NCBI RefSeq assembly: GCF_902459465.1 | Contig: NC_047067.1 | Span: forward strand, 6,758,001-6,822,000 | Reading direction: 5' to 3' | DNA length: 64,000 nt | Source of the DNA: Asterias rubens | Taxonomy: Eukaryota | Shown: in pieces, positions 22,484-35,072 of the stretch | Layout of the letters: every line of letters starts with the position of its first letter | Position numbering within the stretch: position 1 is the first letter of the stretch | Notes under the pieces: generated by a model | Databases searched by the model: none | Seen by the model: only the letters and a program-made list of their open reading frames with translations | What the model was told of the DNA's origin: nothing | Translations under genes and position numbers: made by a program

Positions 22484-23159
22484 ATGTCGGCACATCCCCG
22501 CAAAATGGAGCATCGTCTTTCACTTAAAGACAGCGTTCTACAAGGAGACTCTATGGACTCGGAATGTGGCACACCTCAAGATTTCCTCTACGAGACCAAA
22601 TTTGTTGTCTTAAACTATTTGGGACTGGTCCCACCTGATCTGGACCCTGGCTACTCTGACTATGACATGTACTACCAGAGCTCGGCAAGCGCCACGCCCT
22701 TCAGTGTGTCGGATGACGACAGGTCCAGTACATCAGGCGGATCTCGCCGCTCCAGTGACTACCTCTCTGTGAACACTAAAGTCAGAGCTCGCTCCTCTCC
22801 AAAAGTAAGTCCGAGATCTGCGACATCGTCTAGCCATACTTCCCCGGCGGTCTTCACCTCCTCGGCCAATGTCTTTTCAAGGGAACTGTCGACGTCCACG
22901 TCAACATCCTTTACGGCAACTAGTCATCAAACGACTACTTCGACTGCCTCTTTCTCGGCAACTGAGTCGACACAGTCTCGGGCACATGTGCACAGTCATG
23001 AAGTGAGGAGTACTCTAGAGGTCTCAAGAGACAGCTGGAGGTCAATCGATAGTGACCTCTGCGTTGATTCGGTTATGGAAGCTGATGATGAATCCAGTAA
23101 AAGTCAACCAGGAAGTGAAGATTCAGAGGAGATTAGCGAGAATCCAGAGATCAGAATTG
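22484..23159 (+). CDS. BCL2L13: BCL2L13 (Bcl-rambo)-like, coding exon 1
   Basis: FLYETKFVVLNYLGL matches the BCL2L13 N-terminal motif FHYETKYVVLSYLGL (from memory), followed by a long Ser/Thr-rich region; G|gtgagg donor at 23160; upstream acceptor at about 22330. Confidence 0.88.
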
Positions 23160-23900
23160 GTGAGGGCGCTGTTTTTTTCTTCATTTTTTTGTCAAAGACC
23201 TTATTGCAAATACTCGGAATGTCCACATAAGGGGTGAGATGAGGTGGTCCAACAAGCAATCAAATTAGCTAGACCAGTATGCACCTCATTCAACAGTTAG
23301 CGCTTTGAGAAAAGGTCTATGAGATGCAGATGGTGGCAGTAAGGGGTTGAAATCTGGGAGGTTAACCCTGTGTCGTGGCCTGAGAGGTCAAGCGCACTGG
23401 ACTCTAGCTAAAAGCCCAATTTCATAGCTAACAAAAATACACATACATGTATATGTCTAGCAAAATAAGGTTACCAGCCAAACTACCATGTCACATTTTC
23501 AATCTGTGACTGGTATCCTGCTTGTTTTTGCTGAGCTGAAAATTTATAAGAAATACTTCAGCTTTTTCAGCTCTATGACATTGGGCCCATTGTCTCTGAT
23601 CAGCAGAGCATGATTTTCTGTCCAAGTCTTGCCCCTTGTGTCCTATAAAAGCAAGACACTTAATTTCTCCGTCCTTTAGATGGGGCGTATTTAGATGTGC
23701 ATCAGTGTTTCTGGCAGTGGCTGCTGAATATGCCGGAGCACAGCTTATAAACTCTTGTATTATAAGGTGTAACAGAAATTTCAAAAACCGGTCTGGAAAT
23801 CAATTTTCTCAAAAAATTTAGGCGATTTAGGGCAAAAAGTATGTGTTGAAGGTGTGTGATCTGTTACTAAAATCTGTTTTCATTTTTTTTGTTTCTGTAG

Positions 23901-24020
23901 ATGATGACAGTACGGGAGATTCATGGGAGCTACGTCGGAGACAAAGGCACGAGCTTGTTGAGCCATTGAGGGAGGAAGTAAAACAAGCCATGGAAAAACT
24001 TCATAAAGAGTTAAAAGAAG
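23901..24020 (+). CDS. BCL2L13: BCL2L13-like, coding exon 2
   Basis: ttctgtag acceptor and G|gtaaca donor, phase 1-1; DDDSTGDSWELRRRQRHELVEPLREEVKQAMEKLHKELKE. Confidence 0.8.
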
Positions 24021-24071
24021 GTAACAGTCTGGTATTACATAGAGCCCTTGTTTGCCCCATGGTTCTTTTAA

Positions 24072-24435
24072 AGGCAGTGGACACGTTTGGTTGTTACTCA
24101 AAATAATGATTAGCATAAAACCTTACTTGGTAACGAGTCATGGGGAGAGGTTGGTAGTATGAAACATTGTGAGAAACGGCTCCCTCTGAAAAGACGTAGT
24201 TTTCAAGAAAAAGTAATTTTCGAGACCTCAGAATTAGATTTTTAAGGTCTCGAAATCAAGCACCTGAAAGCACACAACTTTGTGTGAAAAGGGTGTTTTT
24301 TTCTTTCTTTATTATTTCACTCATTCGACAACCAATTGAGCTCAATTTGTCACTGGTTTGTTGTTTTATGCATATGTTGAGATACACTAAGTGAGAAGAC
24401 TTGTCTTTGACAATTACCAATAGTGTCAAGGGTCT
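24072..24435. mobile_element. MITE family A copy (BCL2L13 intron 2)
   Basis: ttaa|AGGCAGTGGACAC ... GTGTCAAGGGTCT|ttaa. Confidence 0.85.
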
Positions 24436-25099
24436 TTAACATTTTCAAATGGAAGTGGGCTTTTTTTCCATTATGAAAATGGTCTTGTCTTCTCAAAGAT
24501 GAAATTCCATGCTTTAGATTAGAGAGATAGTTTAGCTGTATGCTTATGTGGCAAAGGAAAACAACTGCCAGAACCCTAAAAAATACTGATCACTAATTAA
24601 GATTTGTTTCAATGATTGCGAGTTTTCAAGTTCTTTAAAAATATAATTAAAGTATAAATATAAAGTTGTTCCCTAGTCCTCGGTGTTAAATGTGGTTTTA
24701 GACCCTTTATACGGGGATGTGGATCAGAAAATATAAAAGAGTTTATAACTTAGGTCAGCAGGTGTGTGATTTCTCATATTTTTCCCAATAACTGGATTTC
24801 CTGAAAAACTTCTAGGGCCTTCAAATTGTTTGAATAGAATAAAAGCAGTCACCAAAAGGGATAAAGAATCAGTCCATAGTGTGTTCCAATCTGCAGTTTT
24901 GTTATTCTGGCGATGTTCTGTCTGTAAACCACAATTGAATTATCTGGGAAGTTCTTGGTCTAGACAGGCATGTATTCTTTAGTATGTTTTCCATTTTTTT
25001 TTGCCCTTGGATAAATTATTTATTAGGCATGAGAAGTCTAGTAAAGCCTACATCATGTGTAGAGGCTGGCCCTTTTACTCAATGTGAATGTCGGCTTAA

Positions 25100-25477
25100 A
25101 GGAAGTGGACACTATTGGTAATTACTCAAAATAATTATTGGCATAAAATGTTTCTTGGTGACGCGTAATGGGGAGAGGTTGATGGTATAAAACATTGTGA
25201 GAAAAGGCTCCCTCTGAAGTGCCATAGTTTTCGAGAAAGAAGTAATTTTCCACGAATTTGATTTTGAGACCTCAGATTTAGAACTTGAGGTCTCGAAATC
25301 AACCATCTAAACGCACACAACTTCATGTGACAAGGTTTTTTTTCTTTCATTATTATCTCGCAACTTTGATGACCGATTGAGCTCAAATTTTCACAGGTTA
25401 GTTATTTAAATGCATATGTTGAGAAACACCAACTGTGAAGGCTAGTCTTTGACAAATACCAATAGTGTCCACTGCCT
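25100..25477. mobile_element. MITE family A copy (BCL2L13 intron 2)
   Basis: ttaa|AGGAAGTGGACACTATTGG ... CCAATAGTGTCCACTGCCT|ttaa. Confidence 0.88.
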
Positions 25478-25985
25478 TTAATGACATCTTCATTCAATTG
25501 TTTGTTTATTTTTGCTGTCCTTGCTTTTAATTGTTTTTAACTGTTGTCACAACGCTTTCCAGATCTGGTTAGGGACTGTTCTGTGATTTTTATGTTTTTT
25601 GTGCAATTCTGGGTATTTTGCCCTGTTACTTTATATTAGGGGTCTTGTGTCATTTGTGCAATTTAATGTTTTCTGTGTTTTAGTCGAATTACATTTAACT
25701 ATCTTTTTGTAGTATTAACTGACAGATTGTAAATTTAAGACCTCAATTCAGATTTTACTGCCAGTGTCTTTTTTAAATATTGTTGAATAAATAAACCATT
25801 AATTATAAAAAAGAAAGAAAAAAAAGGTAATGTACCTGCTTGTTTCCAAAGGACCAAATATCATGCCTGTCTAGAATAAGGGGGACCCAGGCCTGCAAGC
25901 CATTCTTCTGGAAAGTTCACATTCATCAAATCTTGTTGAGGCTTCTTTATAATAAAATCTGATTTTCCCTGCTCTTTCCATATAG

Positions 25986-26230
25986 CCGCTGCATCCAGTG
26001 ATGAAAACACTCCCTTCCGGCCCTCCACACTCTGTCCGTTCTCCCACGAGGCCCTCGTCGCTGAACGCATCTCGCAGATCGGTGATAAGATCATGCAACA
26101 GCATGGCGCCGAACTAGAGAGGACAATGAGGGAGTTCTTTGGGAGCAAAGCAGACAGTAACATGACCTACGCAATCTTCAAGTCACTGGTGAAGCAAATG
26201 ATGAAAAGCACCGTCCCTGGCTGGTATCAT
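25986..26230 (+). CDS. BCL2L13: BCL2L13-like, coding exon 3 (BH3, start of BH1 region)
   Basis: tatag acceptor and CAT|gtaagt donor. Translates ...VAERISQIGDKIMQQHG...VPGWYH. Not shown in the ORF track in this frame. Confidence 0.88.
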
Positions 26231-26419
26231 GTAAGTTTTTTATTCTTGTGACTTGGTTACAGTAAGTGACAAACATTACTAACTTTCAAAGACCATTGTG
26301 TAGTAGCAGTTTGTGTAGTAATTCAGTGTTTACATGAAGAAAGTTTAAGTTCATTTGGTCATTGTAAGTTGGGAAAGTAGGCTTAGGTGATGTGATTGTG
26401 GCTTTGATGATGCAAATAG

Positions 26420-26770
26420 TATAACAATAATAATTTGAGTTTATATAGCGCTGTTTCACTCCCGAACGGGTGTCTCAAGCGCTTCAAATTATTACCCCTG
26501 GTCACTGGGCCTTAATTCACTCCTTAAACCATCTCAGCTCCCTGGGGAGTATACAGCCTCGTGCAACAAATGCACTACTCGGCTAAATCAATCACAAGAA
26601 CCATCTCTGCCCTCACAGGTCCCCATTTACCCCTGGGTGGAGAGAAGCAATATTAGTTAAGTGTCTTTCTCAGGGACACAAGTGTCACGACCGGGATATG
26701 AACCCACACTCTGCTGAACAGAATCAGCAGAGCTTGAATTCGGTGCTCTTAACCGCTCGGCCACGACACC
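26420..26770 (-). mobile_element. Full-length tRNA-derived SINE (Deu-like core, L2-like tail)
   Basis: Minus strand: GGTGTCGTGGCCGAGCGGTTAAGAGCACC head, GGGTTCATATCCC B-box variant, GTAAATGGGGACCTG core, AAGCGCTTGAGAC...AGCGCTATATAAAC tail plus (TTA)n. Confidence 0.8.
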
Positions 26771-27181
26771 TGCACAAGAACAGATTTGGTGCACAGTCAT
26801 AGTATGTCACTAGGAAGATATTTGGCCAAAGGGCCATCGCAGATGTGTCCTTTGAAATCCAAAACAAGGCAGCCGATTTGAACATTTGAAAACAAATTGT
26901 GTTAATTTACCTATTATTTGATGCACACCCTTTAATTCTGGGTTTTGCAGAGTACCATTGTACGTGCAGTAAACTCAACTCCTGATGAAGCTAAAATGGT
27001 GGTTATGGTAGGAGTTAGTTTTGGTCAAGGGTTCCAATTAATCCAGTCAAAGATATCAGAAGATTCAGATGTTTCTGCCATTATGTATGATTTAAAATAG
27101 ATTTCAAGCGACACCCTCACACATAGAACACATGATCTTTCTCCCCTTATAATGAGTACCTTTTCCTCACTTCTTTTTCAG

Positions 27182-27325
27182 CTTGCGTTGATGCTCAAGT
27201 TTACCCAGCGCATGGCCCTAGGACTCGTTAACAAGAGTGAACAAGGCTTTACTTCGGTCACTGGTTTCGCTGTTCAGTACATTGAGGAGAATCTAGCGCA
27301 GACCATCATCGACCAAGGAGGATGG
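27182..27325 (+). CDS. BCL2L13: BCL2L13-like, coding exon 4 (BH2)
   Basis: ttttttcag acceptor; ...QYIEENLAQTIIDQGGW|gtgagt, with the canonical Bcl-2-family intron after GGW. Confidence 0.92.
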
Positions 27326-27875
27326 GTGAGTTTGAACCCTCAATTGTTGTCGGGAAGTGTCAGGTGCACTGAGAAGTACATATATTTACGTAACATACAC
27401 GTGAATAGTTGTGTCAATTATGAACGAATCCAAATAAAAATTGAGGCACCAGTTTTTTAAAGATTGCAGCGTCCAATAGTGGCGTAATAAACCATGACTT
27501 AATTGAAACAGAAGTGATATAAAACACAAAAGTGTAAGGTGTTCATGGAATATGGATGCTAGTACAGTGATTTTCCCCAGCGATTTGTATCCATTTTTAT
27601 TTACACAGTGCCAGTTATGTTTTGTTTGATTATTTATGTGTTTAAAACTGTTTTCCTACATTGGAGACATTCAAATCTTCAATCGGTTCTTTCAGTTTTT
27701 TAAAATCTTCTTGAAATATCAGCATATCGACGCTGCTAACCAAGATCACCAGTCAAAATTTTTGATATTGTCTAGACCCAATTTCCTCCAACCCTCAACC
27801 CCTTCCTCATCCTTCCCAGCAGTAATAATAAACTGATTTTACTATTCCTTGATCTTATTAATTTGTCCTCCCCAG

Positions 27876-28565
27876 GATGCTATGACCAACATCAACCTGG
27901 ATGATATCAATGCTGAAGTCCTATCCGAGCTCTCCTCCCGCAATGTGTCCCCAATGCCTCTCTCTTCCCAAGACAGCCATGCTTCTCAATCCATGGAGCC
28001 CATCTCCCCCGATGCTGGCACTCCGGTGGACTCTCCAAACTGGAAAACAAACCAGCAGACTGGCTTCCCTGACACCGCATCAGACGACGGCTTAAACCAA
28101 CTGTCAAGATCACCCGGATCAGCCATGTTTGGTGAGCCAGGAGAGCTCACACACCGCTCCCGGTCTGAATCTCGTCCAGAAGACCTTGCCAGTCTCTTCT
28201 CTGATCTACCGCCCGGTGAGACGCCCATGAGCCATTCCGTTTCAAGTCCGAGCAATCTCGGGGGTGCCATGGCAGCGAGCCAATCTGGAGGTATGGAAGT
28301 GTCTCACTCTGCACCTGTGTTTAATGTGCAGCCAGACGATGACAGCACCGATTGGGGTCAGGGGTCAACCATGGAGACTGACAGTCAGTATCTGATGAGC
28401 TCTGGGGAGGGAAGCACCATCGTTGGAGATGACGGAGACTCACGTGGGTTTGAGAGTAGTAGCGAACGGAATGTTGGTATAAAGACAGTGGCAGCTGCAG
28501 TTGCTGCAGCAACCACAACAGCTGCTGCTGCAGCTGGTGCTATCTTTGCCATATTGAAAAAATGA
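27876..28565 (+). CDS. BCL2L13: BCL2L13-like, coding exon 5 (acidic disordered region and C-terminal anchor)
   Basis: ccccag acceptor; ends ...AAAAAGAIFAILKK*. The joined CDS is 1875 nt (624 aa plus stop). Confidence 0.9.
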   Translation, partial: DAMTNINLDDINAEVLSELSSRNVSPMPLSSQDSHASQSMEPISPDAGTPVDSPNWKTNQQTGFPDTASDDGLNQLSRSPGSAMFGEPGELTHRSRSESRPEDLASLFSDLPPGETPMSHSVSSPSNLGGAMAASQSGGMEVSHSAPVFNVQPDDDSTDWGQGSTMETDSQYLMSSGEGSTIVGDDGDSRGFESSSERNVGIKTVAAAVAAATTTAAAAAGAIFAILKK

Positions 28566-28772
28566 TGTTTTGCTGGGGTAGATATTGCTAATCAAGTAAA
28601 TATGAAACAACTGAAATTACTTGTCCATTGTAGCAACAATGGGTATGTTCAGACAGCGTACTAAGTTAGACCCAAACCGGTATAACTATTACTGGCAGCG
28701 TGTCCATTACTTTGGTGTGGAGTATCGCTTTGTGACACATGCATACAATGTATTTGGGAATATTTAGTAGTA

Positions 28773-29942
28773 CCGTAATTTTCGGATTATAAACCGCGCG
28801 GAGTATAAACCGCACTTCCTCAAAATATACAAAAAAATATTTAATGTCGGCGTATATGCCGCGCGGAGTATAAACCGCGACCAAAAAAAAAAAAAACATA
28901 AAAAGAAACTAACCTCAAAACACGGAAGTGAAGTACGCAAACCTGCCGCGTTACGGGTGATTTTTTTATTTCACACTATCAGTCCTGAATTATCCTTTTC
29001 CAGAATTTGAATTTATATTTTGATGATCGGTTGTGTTGACCATGTTTTGTGAACTTCTTTGGCAACAAATCTCCGTGAATCAAAGATCGGCGACAACGCA
29101 CACCTAGAAATAGTTGAACTTTGCCCTGCATCGCATCGCCCTCTGTTGACAAAAGTTGTTCACGTTTGATTAGACTTGGCCACAATCCGCGAAGTGTGGG
29201 TCAGACGTTCAGGCTATGTGTTGTACAATAGGGAGCCGATCCGTCCGAAGTCTAGCCAAGATTTTATGAATGGAACTACCACCGGCCAATCATCAAACGG
29301 CCAATCACAGCATGCGCACAAAGGGGCCGTGCTTGTTTGCGGTCCTCTTTGTGGCGATGTGCAGTGACGGACGGGCGGCACATCAGTCAGTCTTGTATAG
29401 TTGCCACAATGCGCGAGTTGCGTCGTATTTAAAGTTGAAATGTATTTAAGTTTACACTATTGATCGTAATTGAAATCGAGTGCAGCCTGAATGTCTGACG
29501 TCAGTATGTAGAGATCGTAAGATAAATAGACAGGGGACCAGTCTATTTCGCTCTCACACGAGTGCAGCCTGAATGTCTGACGTCAGCATATATATATTGC
29601 TAGGATAAATAGACGGTGACCAGTCTAGTCTGAGTTTCGCTGAGCGAGGGCGCTGACGGCGGTTGATTAACGTTTTACAAAGGAAACACGGAATACAAAT
29701 GGGGTGGGATTTTCAACAGGACTTTGTCATCACACAGGCATGTTTTGCAGGTTTTTGTTCTTGTTTCTTAAAAAAAATAATATTTAGAATGTTTTACATA
29801 CGATCTTTCTTTTTAAAAATGCCGTTTTTTCTCTTAAATATTTATACGTCGGCCTACAAGCCGCCCGGAGAATAAACTGCAGGGGTTCAAAAAAATGTCA
29901 AAATCAACATATAAACCGCGGTTTATAATCCGAAAATTACGG
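28773..29942. mobile_element. Non-autonomous Tc1/mariner (pogo/Tc2-like) element, 1170 bp
   Basis: ta|CCGTAATTTTCGGATTATAAACCGCG ... CGCGGTTTATAATCCGAAAATTACGG|ta; 26-bp perfect TIR; no transposase ORF. Confidence 0.85.
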
Positions 29943-30045
29943 TAGTGTGTCAATGTTTATGTACAAATTGATTGAAGTATGTAAATTATACAATGCAAGT
30001 TCAATCCGATATGCTAAGTTTTATTTAGCACTTGAGTAAGACCAG

Positions 30046-30183
30046 GGGTGGATTTCACAAAGAGTTTGGACTAGTTATATCTCGAGTGAGGACGAGTAAC
30101 TCATCCTAACTTAAGACTAGCTAGGCGTTTTGGATAAATCTTAGGACTAGTCCTAATAGTCCTAATCTTTGTGAAATCGACCC
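30046..30183. mobile_element. PIF/Harbinger-like MITE (138 bp)
   Basis: cag|GGGTGGATTTCACAAAG ... CTTTGTGAAATCGACCC|ctg (CWG flanks). Confidence 0.65.
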
Positions 30184-30351
30184 CTGGAAACTATATGCTA
30201 AGTTAAGTTCCCTTGTCCGTAACTTCTTGACAAATGTAAGATCAATCATCATCAATGAGGTCACAAAAGCTCTTGATGCCACAAAGTGCTGAAGACCTCA
30301 ATTTTGAGGGCTCCTAGGCAGGGGCAAGGGGGCATAGAGACAGTTGCCTTA

Positions 30352-31038
30352 AATGCTACTTTCAAACAGGTAAATGGCTGGATGTGCTTTAAATGTCTAT
30401 AGAATAAGTCATAAATTAATAAGGGAATCGATGTGTGCATGGTGAAGAGGTTTCAACTAGTGGTTTAAACCCGCGCCGAGGCCTTGACTTGATAATTTTA
30501 CAGAGACGTAGTCGAGGTAAATTATCAAGAACCAGGCCTCGGCGGGTTTAAACCACTAGTTGAAAACCCATTCAACACACTTTGATTCCCATTCATAAAT
30601 ACCATTTCGGTCAAAAAACATCAACACTTTTTGGTCAATAAGGTAAAATAAATGCATTTTTTTTTATTATTTCAATGATTTCTTTCAACACAACACCCCT
30701 CCAGCTGCGAAATGGTTAGGCCCTCGGGTAAACAACTCCTTATAAAGAGATGCTGTGCGCATTGCGCGTATCGCGTGATGTTGCACTGTTTCAGCCGTTG
30801 CTCTCGACCAATAGGAATGAAGAAACTGTCATATACGCACAGTTGCAAGTGCGCATGTCACACCCATCGTATAACACTTTTTACTGGTGTTATATCATCC
30901 GTTCAACCAACACCTCGTGATGCCCTCTCGACCAATCAGAATGGATAAAATATCTTAGGTATTTATGAATGCTACTTTCAAATAGGTAAATGGCTTTATG
31001 TGCTTTAAATGTCTGTATAGAATAAGTCATATATTAAT
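30352..31038. repeat. About 550-bp structured insert between about 70-bp direct repeats
   Basis: AATGCTACTTTCAAA...GAATAAGTCATA at 30352-30420 and 30968-31038; internal hairpin about 30413-30601. Confidence 0.7.
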
Positions 31039-34000
31039 GTTTAATAACATAAAGTAAAGGTTTCTGGAACCGTTCAATTGTTTTAATCCTATCTATATTA
31101 ACAGTATAACTAACCTGTGAAAGTTTCATTCAAAAGGTGGTAGGAAAAATAGTAGTTGGAATTCTTAATCTGAGAAACGTAACAGAAAGAAGCTTTTCTC
31201 AGATTGAAATTTGTGGGGATAAAAACTGATATTTATTTCCATAACCACATTACTCAAAAGTGAAATGATTTAAAAAAATGCTTTACACCACCCAAATCTG
31301 TTGTAGGGTTCTAACCAAATAAGTTTATATTTCCGTTAATTTTAAGAGTGATTGTAATGCCTCCTGCTGGCATTTAGAGAGAGAGAGGGACTCAGCTTGT
31401 ATCATGAACTTTGGTAGTTTTAATCACGTTAACACTTGGCTGCCATCTTGATGGAAAGGTACATGAGTAGGGGCTAGACTCTAGAGGGCGCTAGTCCTGT
31501 ATGTATGCATGTGTGAATGTGACAGTGATTACCAACTGACACAGATACTTTCCCTTTACAATACTACGGAGAACCATGAGTGCTGTTGAAAACGTGGTAA
31601 CGCGATACCACGTTTTCATGGACGAAGACCCACATGTCAGTGTGACATGTGAAATGCATGTCCTTTTTTTCCCATCTAAAAACACATTCACATGGACTTT
31701 ACAAGGAGGTAATTTCAGTTTTGTGGCTTTATTTCTTTAACTTATTACAATGGTCATAAGCCAATATTTAAAAGTGAGTTAATTAATTGAGAGGTCTTAA
31801 ACTGAAAACCATGGCTTTAGTAATATGCAGTTTTAAGCAACATGTAAGCACAGTGTAATATGTAAATATAGCTCTCTGTGTGGCTCTTCATGTATATACA
31901 TATATATATAGGCCTAAGCATTATAAAAGTGATAACAACTTTTAAATAATATTTGAGATTTTTTCTATGTATATTTTGTATTTTTTTTTAAACTTGTGTT
32001 TCCTGAGTGTACATTGTTGTGTTTTGAAACAATTCTTTCATGTAATGTTGCTGTACACACTCGCTTAAATTTTCATCACACAATTGGGAACTTTAGAATA
32101 GACCATGTTACTAGAGGCAATCTTTACAGGTATAACTTCACCGTATGTACAAGGAACACTGCGGCAGCACAAGATACATTCTTCGAGCTGTTGAAACTCA
32201 CTATCCACAAGAAAATAATAGGAAACTGATCCGGCCTCGTTTTGTAACCTCGTTGATACCTCGAAAGCCATGCTTCGACCCCGCGGTATCAAGTACTGCT
32301 ATGTGCCGTGCGGTATAGCATCTATGCATTTCGTGAAGTCGGAGCGGGCTGGTGCTTGCGTATCTTTGAGATTGCCTGGAACTGGTTGTAAATTGCCTTG
32401 TGTGACCATGGAGGAAGGAACTTCCTCCATGGTGTGACTTACCAACATGCTGCACATTGTATTTGGATCAATAAGTTTTCTCAAGACTTCTTGTGGATGT
32501 TTGAAAAGATAAAAAATACCCAAACAAAACTTAGGAAAAAGAGATAAAGGAAACTTTCCTTTCTCACTTTTCAGCCTTTTAAATTATTTTCAACAACTAA
32601 TCTTCACTTTTAAGATACCAACAGTATCATGTGTCTTTAAAAGTCCACTGTGTGGGTTTGGGTGTGTGTGTGAACAGAATTGCCCTCCATTTATCTCAAA
32701 AAGGATAATGGCCAGCGCCAAATTTCATAGAGCCGCTTATAAGCAGAGATTATTGCGTGAAAATGTTCTGCTCAGAAAAAAATGAAGGTTGCCAGTCACA
32801 GATTGTATAATGTGACATGGTTCTTTGGTTGGCAACCTAATACAGACCTTATGCATTGACGTCATCCAGTCGCCATCTTTGAGGTCAAACGGTGACGAAA
32901 CAATCGAAACGCACATAGATTGGCCAATGAACAACCTCCTTTTGACCTCAATGCGGGGCGCCGTACTGAAATGACGTCATGTGCCTAATATCTATTCTGG
33001 TAAGCATAATGTTGTGCTCAGTATAGCTGTTTGTGCATAAGCAGCTCAATCGAATTGGGCCCAGGGGCATCAAGGCAATTAAATGTTGCCCTGTTAAGCG
33101 TGACAGCTTGTATTTTTTCAATTATATTTTTTCCATTTATTTATTTTACCTAATTTACTCGGTAAATTATTTCACATCAACACCATTGAGTATAATTGAA
33201 GTATAAATTGAAGTATGCTTATCTTAAAACTTAACTTTCGCAAAGATATTAAAACCCTGGATAAATTAATAAATTCATAAGTGACGCAACTTATACCCGA
33301 AAATTGTGTCGCCCTTTATTTTCCAAATTTGACTCTGCAAAATATTCTCTTCTTGGCAATTTGAAAACGGCCGAACCATTACTGCCATCTGAGGTTTCAA
33401 TGTCATGGAAATTAAAAAATTATATAATAACAGTGCACCGCGTCGTGCAACCGCGTCTTGCACATTGACGCCCCATACGTGAAACATGATCGGTCTCCTC
33501 ACCCCACTAAATAAGGAGAAAACAGAGTGCGTGCGTGCTCATACTTTTTTGTAGGCCCATATTATTAGACAGATTTGAGAGCTCCCAAAAAGGGTTTTAG
33601 TGTAACAAAAAATGTGCCTAATTGTGACAAAGGGTTGTTGACTTCCAACTTGATTTATTTTTGGGGGACATTGGTCCCTAAAACATTGGTCTTATTTGCT
33701 GAGAGGTGTAGGGGAATTTTTCGAGATTGACGCTCGGACGTTCGGGAAATTACACTCGAATAGGGGTGTTTTGGTTAGGAGGTAAACTTCATGAGTCAAT
33801 GAATAATTTTCCCTTCACTGTGAGACTTCTTAGTATTTTTCGTGTATTTTTGAATATTTAGGATGCTGCACTGTATGTTTTGGGAGTTTAGTGGGTTGCA
33901 CCCGTAAAGAAAAAAATATATAAGGAACAGTGCACGGCGTCTGGTACCTCGACGCCCCATACGTGAAACATGACTGGTTCCCTTAAGCCGGCCGAAGAGT

Positions 34001-34923
34001 ACGCAGCATTGCAGGCGCCACGTTCAAATCAGCTGAGGTGACCACCGCATGTGTGTTTGGACGCTCGAATTTCCGGGTACGTACATTTGTGCTGTACACT
34101 TTATTTAATGTGTGGATATTTACCATAGGTTTGTATTGCCCACTTGTGTGACATCGACGTTGCAATTGTGTACACTTAAATTGTTGAAAAATCCGTCAGA
34201 AATTGAACGGACCGAAGGGGCGTGACCCTAGCCCCGTGATTTGGGCTCAACCATAGCTCTGTAGGTTCAACCCGCTTCATCTCAATCATTCGGGGTGGAT
34301 TGGCCCAATGGGGATATCGAGTGTGACCCCTGACTCCCTGTCTGAGTTACGGTGACGTTCGAAGCCCTGCACTGTTTTGCCACCCTCTCGCAGTTGAATG
34401 TGATACCCGTATGATTGTTCAACTTCGCAATGTCACCAAGAGATTTAGGGTAAAATTTAAACCAGATTCCTAGTTATTAATTTATTATTTGCTTTTAGAT
34501 TATATTGTTTTTCTGTATAATTTAACACTTTAGATTTGTTAAATTTCTATGTACTGTTTAATTCTAACCATTGTTTTTTTTCCAACAAGAGTATGGAATA
34601 AACGTTTATTGAATTGAATTGAATTGAATTGAATAAATGTTAATCTTACATACAAATTATAAATTATTGTAAACCTTACTGTTGGATACATCCTAGCAGC
34701 AATCCGTTGGTGTAACCTGTAATGCTGTTGTTTACGAGAATTTTAGTTTGAAATTATTAAGTCATAAAAGTTTGAATACGCAATGACAACCCGATAAGAA
34801 CAGTGACTTTACTGAAATGGACACAGGTAATTATTATGCATCGTTGCATTGGCTTCCTCGCCGCCATCTTGGATGACGCAAAACGTAGGGCGGCGCGTCG
34901 TTGGTAAATCTCCTGTTCTCTAA

Positions 34924-35072
34924 AGGCCGAGTTATAGTCGGTCGCGCGATGGTCGGGCGTCGGAAATCTTGACGCGCGATCATAAAAAGACACGGTTTTT
35001 AGGCCTCAGTCTTAGGATCGCGCGCAAGATTTCCATCGCACGACCATCGCGCGACCGACTATAAACCGGCCT
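34924..35072. mobile_element. PIF/Harbinger-like MITE with TAA TSD (149 bp)
   Basis: taa|AGGCCGAGTTATAGTCGGTCGCGCGATGGTCG ... CGACCATCGCGCGACCGACTATAAACCGGCCT|taa. Confidence 0.75.

Noticed and set aside
30450-30570. CRISPR-like or attC-like array
   Set aside because: Eukaryotic context; a single hairpin with no regularly spaced repeat-spacer units anywhere in the window.
31491-31715. Possible coding exon
   Set aside because: Short open frames on both strands around a 30-bp palindrome; no recognisable domain or partner exons.
32065-32523. Overlapping minus-strand ORFs, possible LINE remnant
   Set aside because: No diagnostic motif strong enough to call.
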